Below, in pieces: positions 58,240 through 64,000 of a DNA stretch of 64,000 bases (position 1 is the stretch's first letter; every line of letters starts with the position of its first letter). The stretch spans positions 6,160 through 70,159 of the forward strand of contig CALCJF010000011.1 of NCBI GenBank assembly GCA_937967375.1. Direction: 5' to 3'. Origin of the DNA: an uncultured Leucobacter sp. (GTDB lineage Bacteria > Actinomycetota > Actinomycetes > Actinomycetales > Microbacteriaceae). Under the pieces are notes generated by a model. That model was not told the origin of the DNA. It searched no databases and saw only the letters and a program-made list of their open reading frames with translations. Both the position numbers and the translations under genes were made by a program.

Positions 58240-60096
58240 CTACTCGACGAGTTTGCCTTCGACTGAATCATCGCCCACCGCGTGCGCGAGCGCGCGGAAC
58301 GATTCTGGCGCGTCGGCGACCGGCTCGAAAACGGCACCCGTCTCGGGGCTCCAGACGAAGTTACCGCGCAGCGCGTCGTCTTGCTCGGGGTAGTCTGACC
58401 GGTTGTGGCAGCCGCGCGTCTCGCGGCGCTCGAGCGCGCACTCGAGGGTTGCGCGGGCGGCGAGCATTGAACCGTAAAGATCGAAAGCGTGGGCGAGGTC
58501 GTCGAAGCCCGCAATGTCGGGGTGCGCCGAGACGCGGGCAACCCTGGCTTCGAGAGCGTCGAGCTTCGCGAGCCCCTCGCGCAGACCTTGCTCGCTGCGC
58601 ACGACTCCGGCGTGCTCGGTCATGAGGTCGCGCAGCGCGCGCTGCAGCAGGCGCGGGCTCTCGTGCCTTTCGGCGGCCTCGCCGGCCCTGTCGGCGCCCT
58701 CCGCGTGCTCTGCCCCAAGCGAGCTGCGGGTGAGCAGTGCCCGCATCTCGTTGCGCGCCTCGGCCACGGCCTCGGTCGAACGATGCACTACCGAGAGTCC
58801 CGAGACGTACTCGGCCGCGTCTGCTCCGGTGATGCGCCCGTAGACGAGCAGTTCGATCAACGAGTTGCCGCCGAGGCGGTTGGCGCCGTGCAGCCCAGAC
58901 GATGCCTCGCCGATGGCGTAGAGCCCGTCGACGCCCGTGCCGTGATCCTCGGCGCGAACCCACACGCCACCCATCGAATAGTGAGCTGTCGGTGCGATCT
59001 CGATGGGCTGCTCGGTGATGTCGAGCATTTGCAGGTCGATCATGGTGCGATAGACGCGCGGCAGTTTCTCGAGAATCACCTCGCGCGGCAGGTGCGACAC
59101 GTCGAGAAACACGCCACCGTTCGTGGTGCCGCGGCCTTCGATGATCTCGGTGTAGCTCGCGAGCGCGACGCGGTCTCGGGTCGACAGCTCCATGCGCTCG
59201 GGATCGTACTTGGCCATGTAGCGCTCACCGAGCGCGTTGCGCAGAATGCCGCCCTCGCCGCGCGCCGCCTCGCTCACGAGGGTGCCGGCGGCATCGGCGG
59301 GCTCGAGAATGCCCGAGGGATGAAACTGAACCAGCTCGGCATCGCGAATCTTCGCCCCGGCAAGCGCCGCGAGCCTGAACGAGTCGCCGGTATTCTCGTC
59401 GCGCCGCGATGACGTGTTGCGCCAGATTCGGGTGTGGCCGCCGGCAGCGAGGATCACTGCATCCGCGTGGATCACGATGGGGGTGCCATCGACGATGTCG
59501 AAGCCGTAGGCTCCGAAGATGCGCCCGTCGCTCTCGAGCAGTCGGGTGATGTAGATGGTGTCTACGATCGGCACCTCGAGCTCGCGGGCGCGGCGCAGTA
59601 GGGTGCGCTGAATCTCGAGGCCCGTGTAGTCGCCCGCGTAGCACGTGCGGCGGTAGGTGTGCGCCCCGAAAAAGCGCTGGCTGATGCGGCCGTCGGCCTC
59701 GCGCGCGAACGGCATACCCCAGCGCTCGAGGTCTTCGATGCCTTGCGCCGCGTTCTTTGTGACGACTTCGACGATCGCTGGATCGGCGAGAAAGTATGAC
59801 TCGCGCAGCGTGTCGGCCGCGTGCTGCTGCCAGCTGTCTTCGGCATCCATGGTGCCGAGCGCGGCGTTGATGCCGCCCGCGGCGAGCGTCGTGTGGGCGT
59901 CGTGCTTGCGGCGCTTGCCGACCGCCAGCACCTGCACGCCGCGCTCTGCCAGTTCGATCGAGGCGCGCAGGCCAGCGCCGCCCGTGCCGATCACGAGCAC
60001 CGAGGTCGAGAGCAGGCGCTCGGTGGGGCTGGCAGGGATGTCGTGCGTGGTGTCGGTGGTGGTTTTGGTGTGTGAAGCGTTCGTTGTTGTGCTCAT
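58240..60096 (-). CDS. SdhA/FrdA/NadB-family flavoprotein, stand-alone
   Basis: IGTGGAG, HTTLAAGG, QFHPSG, SEAARGEGG, HYSMGG, HGANRLGGNSL, ETRGCHNRSDYP. Confidence 0.9.
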   Translation of the reverse strand: MSTTTNASHTKTTTDTTHDIPASPTERLLSTSVLVIGTGGAGLRASIELAERGVQVLAVGKRRKHDAHTTLAAGGINAALGTMDAEDSWQQHAADTLRESYFLADPAIVEVVTKNAAQGIEDLERWGMPFAREADGRISQRFFGAHTYRRTCYAGDYTGLEIQRTLLRRARELEVPIVDTIYITRLLESDGRIFGAYGFDIVDGTPIVIHADAVILAAGGHTRIWRNTSSRRDENTGDSFRLAALAGAKIRDAELVQFHPSGILEPADAAGTLVSEAARGEGGILRNALGERYMAKYDPERMELSTRDRVALASYTEIIEGRGTTNGGVFLDVSHLPREVILEKLPRVYRTMIDLQMLDITEQPIEIAPTAHYSMGGVWVRAEDHGTGVDGLYAIGEASSGLHGANRLGGNSLIELLVYGRITGADAAEYVSGLSVVHRSTEAVAEARNEMRALLTRSSLGAEHAEGADRAGEAAERHESPRLLQRALRDLMTEHAGVVRSEQGLREGLAKLDALEARVARVSAHPDIAGFDDLAHAFDLYGSMLAARATLECALERRETRGCHNRSDYPEQDDALRGNFVWSPETGAVFEPVADAPESFRALAHAVGDDSVEGKLVE

Positions 60097-60132
60097 GTCA
60101 TCCACGCTAGGCACGCGGCCACGATTACTCCA

Positions 60133-60147
60133 ATGAATAGATTTCAT
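60133..60147. promoter_or_regulatory. LysR T-N11-A box
   Basis: ATGAA-TAGAT-TTCAT dyad between divergent flavoprotein and LysR genes. Confidence 0.7.
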
Positions 60148-60173
60148 GATGACGATGCGCGTAGGCTATTGAT

Positions 60174-61154
60174 ATGAATCTCGAGCAACTCACCGGTTTT
60201 ACGATGATCGCCGAGCTCGGCCACTTCACGCGTGCCGCCGAGCGACTGCACCTCGCGCAGCCCTCGCTCAGTCGGCAGATCGCCTCGCTCGAACGCGAGC
60301 TCGGCGTCGAGCTGTTTCACCGCGTGCGAGGCAACGTCGCGCTCACGGCCGCGGGGGAGCTGCTGCTGCCCATCGCTAAGCGCATGCTCGCAGACGCCGA
60401 TATGGCGCGAGGCGAGATGGCCGAGCTCGCGGGGCTGCGGCGCGGTCGCGTTCGCCTCGGTGCGACGCCGACGCTCTGCACGAGCCTGGTCGTCGACGTG
60501 CTCGCCGAGTTTCGGGGCCGCTACCCGGGCATCGACATCGAGATTCTCGAGCGAGGATCGCGCAGCCTTATCTCAGCCCTCACTGAGGGCGCCCTCGACC
60601 TTGCGCTCATCGTGACGAGCGTGTCGTCAGAGGGCGCTCGTGCCGTGCTCGAGCGCGAGCCGATTCTGAGCGAGCGACTCGTCGTGGTGTCGGCGACAGA
60701 GCTGCCCGATCCGTTCGATCAGGGTAGCGCGAACGGCGGCGCCGGCACTGAAACCGCTGCAAGCCCGCCGATCTCGCTCGAGCAGCTCGCTGGCGTGCCG
60801 CAGGTGTCGTTTCCGGAGAACTACGACCTGCGCGTCGCGATGGACGCGGCGTTCGGTGCCGTGGGGATCACGCCAGCGGTAGCGGTCGAGGGTGCCGAGA
60901 TGGATGCCGCGCTGCGCTTCGCCGAGCGCGGCATCGGGGTTGCCGTGGTGCCCGCGATGGTGGCCGTAAACCGGCCGGCACTGCGGGCGACCCCCTTCGC
61001 GGCACCCGCGGCCGACGAGCTCACCCGCACCATCAGCATCGCGCGCCGCTCTGACATGGCGCCGACCCACGCGGCCGCGGCGCTGCAGGGGCTCATTCGC
61101 GAGGTCGCAGACCGGCTTGCGTCTCTCGATCACGGGCTCGTGAGCCGGGTCTGA
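60174..61154 (+). CDS. LysR family regulator
   Basis: HFTRAAERLHLAQPSLSRQIASLERELGVELFHR; TAGGCT-N6-ATG. Confidence 0.95.
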   Translation: MNLEQLTGFTMIAELGHFTRAAERLHLAQPSLSRQIASLERELGVELFHRVRGNVALTAAGELLLPIAKRMLADADMARGEMAELAGLRRGRVRLGATPTLCTSLVVDVLAEFRGRYPGIDIEILERGSRSLISALTEGALDLALIVTSVSSEGARAVLEREPILSERLVVVSATELPDPFDQGSANGGAGTETAASPPISLEQLAGVPQVSFPENYDLRVAMDAAFGAVGITPAVAVEGAEMDAALRFAERGIGVAVVPAMVAVNRPALRATPFAAPAADELTRTISIARRSDMAPTHAAAALQGLIREVADRLASLDHGLVSRV

Positions 61155-61296
61155 CCGGCGAGTGAGGAACCCGCGACTCACCTTGCTCATGGCAAATGAC
61201 GAGGGTGGGCTTGCCCGTCGTCGTGAGAGTGGAGCGTGGCGTCATCTTGCGCGTAGCCGCAGGATCTCTTCGGCATCGCCTCGCTACACTGACAGC

Positions 61297-62688
61297 GTGA
61301 CCTCGATCATCTGGTTTCGCGACGACCTGCGCTTCGCCGACCACGCCGCGCTGCTCGAGGCGTCTCACGACCCCGAAGGGGTTGTCGCCCTCTACGTGCT
61401 CGACGAAGTCTCGCCCGAAACGCGCCCCCTCGGCGGTGCCGCGAAATGGTGGTTGCACCACTCGCTTGCGGCATTGCGGCGCTCGCTCGCAGAGTTCGGG
61501 GTGCCGCTCACGCTGCGCCGAGGCCCCGCCGAACGCGTGCTGCCCGAGGTCGTGCGCGAGGCCGGGGCGCAGCGAGTGTTCTGGAACCGCCGCTATGGGC
61601 CCGAACGCGACGTCGATGCTCGGCTGAAGTCTCGGTTGCGCGCCGACGACATCGACGCGCGTTCGTTCGTGGGTGGCCTGCTCTTCGAGCCATGGACGAT
61701 CGCAACGGGCGAGGGCACTGCCTACCGCGTCTATTCGGCGTTCTGGCGGGCCTGCATGCGAGAGCCGGCCCCGGCGCGGCCGCTGCCCGCACCCGACGCG
61801 CTCGCGGCGGCTCCGACCCCGGTGCAGAGCGACTCGCTCGAAGAGTGGGGGCTGCTCGACGCGCGCTGGGCGCACACGCTTGAACCGTGCTGCGAGCCTG
61901 GCGAGACCGCAGCGAGCGAGCGGCTCGATGACTTTCTCGACGAGCGGGTGAGCGACTACGACCGTGCCCGCGACGTGCCGAGCCTGCCCGCAACTTCTGG
62001 GCTTTCGCCGCACCTGCGCTGGGGCGAAATCAGCCCGCGCACCGTGTGGTGGCGCGCGCTCGAAGCTGCTGGTGCAGGACACGGCATCGGTGCAGGCACC
62101 GATCACGGCACCGGCCCGGGCGCCGATGTCGGCGGCTTTCTCTCAGAGCTCGGGTGGCGCGAGTTCGCGTGGCATACGCTCTTTCACCGTGGCGCGCTCG
62201 AGTCGACGGGGCTCGACCGCCGATATGACGGGTTTCCGTGGCGTTCAGGCGACGAAATCGCTGCCCGGATCGAGGCGTGGCGATGCGGCAAGACCGGCTT
62301 CGGGCTTGTCGATGCGGGCATGCGCGAGCTCTGGCAGACCGGTGTGATGCACAATCGGGTGCGCATGGTTGCGGCCTCGTTCTTGACGAAGAACCTGCTG
62401 GTGGACTGGCGGGTCGGCGAGGCCTGGTTCTGGGACACACTCGTCGACGCCGATCGCGCGAGCAACCCCTTCAATTGGCAGTGGGTCGCTGGCTGCGGTG
62501 TCGATGCGGCCCCGTACTTTCGGGTGTTCAACCCGGTCACTCAGCAGAAGAAGTTCGACCCCGACGGCAAGTACGTCGATCGCTGGGCACCAGACAGCCT
62601 GCTCATTCCGCCCGCAGTCGACCTTGCGGAAACCCGTCAGCAAGCTCTCGACGCCTACGAGCAGATTCGCGGCTTGCCGCGCGCATAG
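61297..62688 (+). CDS. phrB: Deoxyribodipyrimidine photolyase/cryptochrome family protein
   Basis: WFRDDLRFADH, SGLSPHLRWGEIS, ELGWREF, MHNRVRM, WFWDTLVDAD, WQWVAG, YFRVFNP; TACACT-N6-GTG. Confidence 0.93.
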   Translation: MTSIIWFRDDLRFADHAALLEASHDPEGVVALYVLDEVSPETRPLGGAAKWWLHHSLAALRRSLAEFGVPLTLRRGPAERVLPEVVREAGAQRVFWNRRYGPERDVDARLKSRLRADDIDARSFVGGLLFEPWTIATGEGTAYRVYSAFWRACMREPAPARPLPAPDALAAAPTPVQSDSLEEWGLLDARWAHTLEPCCEPGETAASERLDDFLDERVSDYDRARDVPSLPATSGLSPHLRWGEISPRTVWWRALEAAGAGHGIGAGTDHGTGPGADVGGFLSELGWREFAWHTLFHRGALESTGLDRRYDGFPWRSGDEIAARIEAWRCGKTGFGLVDAGMRELWQTGVMHNRVRMVAASFLTKNLLVDWRVGEAWFWDTLVDADRASNPFNWQWVAGCGVDAAPYFRVFNPVTQQKKFDPDGKYVDRWAPDSLLIPPAVDLAETRQQALDAYEQIRGLPRA

Positions 62689-62726
62689 GGCTCGCGCTCG
62701 CGGGCGAAACTTGGCAGACTCGAGGC

Positions 62727-63623
62727 ATGACCGAACGAATCGTGCTCGCGGGAGCATCGGGCCTCATTGGGCGGGCTCTCGAAGCCGAGCTGCAGGCGCG
62801 CGGTGCGGATGTGCATCATCTGGTCAGGCGCGATCCGCGAACCCAAAACGAACACCGCTGGAGCCCCGAGCGCGGCGAACTCGACCCCTCACTGCTTGCC
62901 GGCGCCGACGCGCTGATCTCGCTGAACGGGGCGAGCGTTGGTCACCTGCCGTGGACGAAGTCGTATCGTCGATTGCTTCGAGAGTCGAGGACCGACGCCA
63001 CCCGCACGCTCGCGGCCGCGGTGAGTGCGCTTGGCTCTGAGGCCCCGGCGGCCTGGCTCTCGGCCTCAGCGGTCGGCTTCTACGGTGACAGGCCGGGCGA
63101 GGTGCTCACCGAGGCCTCAACCGCAGGCGATACGTTTCTGGCCAAGCTCTGCGTCGACTGGGAGGCCGAGGCTCTCGTGGCCGCGGCGCACACCCGCGTC
63201 ATACTGCTGCGCACCGCGCCGGTCGTGCACCCCGAGGGCGTGCTGAAGCCCATGATCGCGCTGACAAAGCTAGGGCTCGGCGGCCCGCTCGGCAGCGGCA
63301 AGCAGATCTGGCCGTGGATCTCGTTGACCGACGAGGTGCGCGGTGTGCTGCACGCGCTCGACCATGGCCTGACCGGCCCGATCAACCTCACCGGGCCCAC
63401 CCTGGCATCTGCGAACGATATCGGCCGCGAGCTCGCCGCCCAACTGCACCGCCCGTTCCTGATCCCGGCCCCGCGCTTCGCCTTGAACCTCGCCCTGAGC
63501 CGTGACGCCACCGAGTCTCTGCTGACCTCTGACGCAGTGGTGCGCCCGGAGGCGCTGCTGGGCAGTGGCTTCGAGTTCGAACACTCCACCCCGGCAGACG
63601 CCATCCGGGCGTCACTCGGCTGA
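62727..63623 (+). CDS. TIGR01777/YfcH-like NAD-dependent epimerase family protein
   Basis: GASGLIG, SASAVGFYG, GGPLGSGKQIWPWISLTD. Confidence 0.9.
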   Translation: MTERIVLAGASGLIGRALEAELQARGADVHHLVRRDPRTQNEHRWSPERGELDPSLLAGADALISLNGASVGHLPWTKSYRRLLRESRTDATRTLAAAVSALGSEAPAAWLSASAVGFYGDRPGEVLTEASTAGDTFLAKLCVDWEAEALVAAAHTRVILLRTAPVVHPEGVLKPMIALTKLGLGGPLGSGKQIWPWISLTDEVRGVLHALDHGLTGPINLTGPTLASANDIGRELAAQLHRPFLIPAPRFALNLALSRDATESLLTSDAVVRPEALLGSGFEFEHSTPADAIRASLG

Positions 63624-63638
63624 GCCGCCTGCGCCCAG

Positions 63639-64000
63639 CTACGAGGTCGCGCTGACCACCAGGCGATCCTCCTCTTCGAGCGCGTAGGCGATCTCGCCGT
63701 GCGCCAACTCATCGATGCCGGCCTCTTCGATTTCTGCCGGAACCCTCAGCCCGGTGAGCAGCTTCACCGCGAGCGCGATCAGCAGCGACACCACGAACGA
63801 GTAGCCGACGACCGAGACCACCGAGATGGTCTGCACGAGCAAGAGCCCGGCGCCGCCGCCGACGAGCAGCCCGTCATCGAACGCGAAGAAGCCGAGGTAG
63901 AGCGAACCGATGACGCCCGCAACGAGATGCAGGCCGACCACGTCGAGCGAGTCGTCGTAGCCGAGGCGATACTTCAGGTCGATGGCAAACGCGCACGCCA
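63639..64000 (-). CDS. amtB: Ammonium transporter, 3' part (5' end outside window)
   Basis: IDLKYRLGYDDSLDVVGLHLVAGVIG..LRV..EEAGIDELAHGE. Confidence 0.9.
   Translation of the reverse strand, partial: ACAFAIDLKYRLGYDDSLDVVGLHLVAGVIGSLYLGFFAFDDGLLVGGGAGLLLVQTISVVSVVGYSFVVSLLIALAVKLLTGLRVPAEIEEAGIDELAHGEIAYALEEEDRLVVSATS

Noticed and set aside
1-64000. CRISPR array, tRNA, rRNA, IS transposase or intact integrase
   Set aside because: No spaced repeat array, cloverleaf or DDE/tyrosine/serine recombinase motifs recognised by eye; tRNAscan and ISEScan would confirm

Overview
High-GC actinobacterial chromosome segment, with gene content typical of Microbacteriaceae (Leucobacter/Microbacterium-like; inference). 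The main accessory feature is a ~15.4 kb, visibly lower-GC anti-phage defence island (~20.1-35.5 kb). It carries a GmrSD-like DUF262/HNH protein with a RAMA-like C-terminus, a frameshifted NERD nuclease-SF1 helicase, a complete type I (IC-like) R-M system with a 12-bp repeat in hsdS, an unassigned 411-aa PD-(D/E)xK protein sitting 8 nt upstream of an OLD-nuclease/UvrD (Gabija-like) pair, and a frameshifted tandem-HTH relic. The flanks hold transport/amidohydrolase clusters, soxR-sodA, Ku/LigD, general-stress-type genes, a two-component pair, a photolyase and a partial amtB. Non-coding signals: two SoxR boxes in 19-bp-spacer promoters (sodA and a distant flavin reductase), TetR and LysR operators, many leaderless starts, and a recurring CAA-N4-(T/C)TG-like element 30-31 nt upstream of the -10 of several stress genes. 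No tRNA, rRNA, CRISPR array or intact transposase/integrase was recognised. All family calls come from motifs read by eye; no database searches were run.
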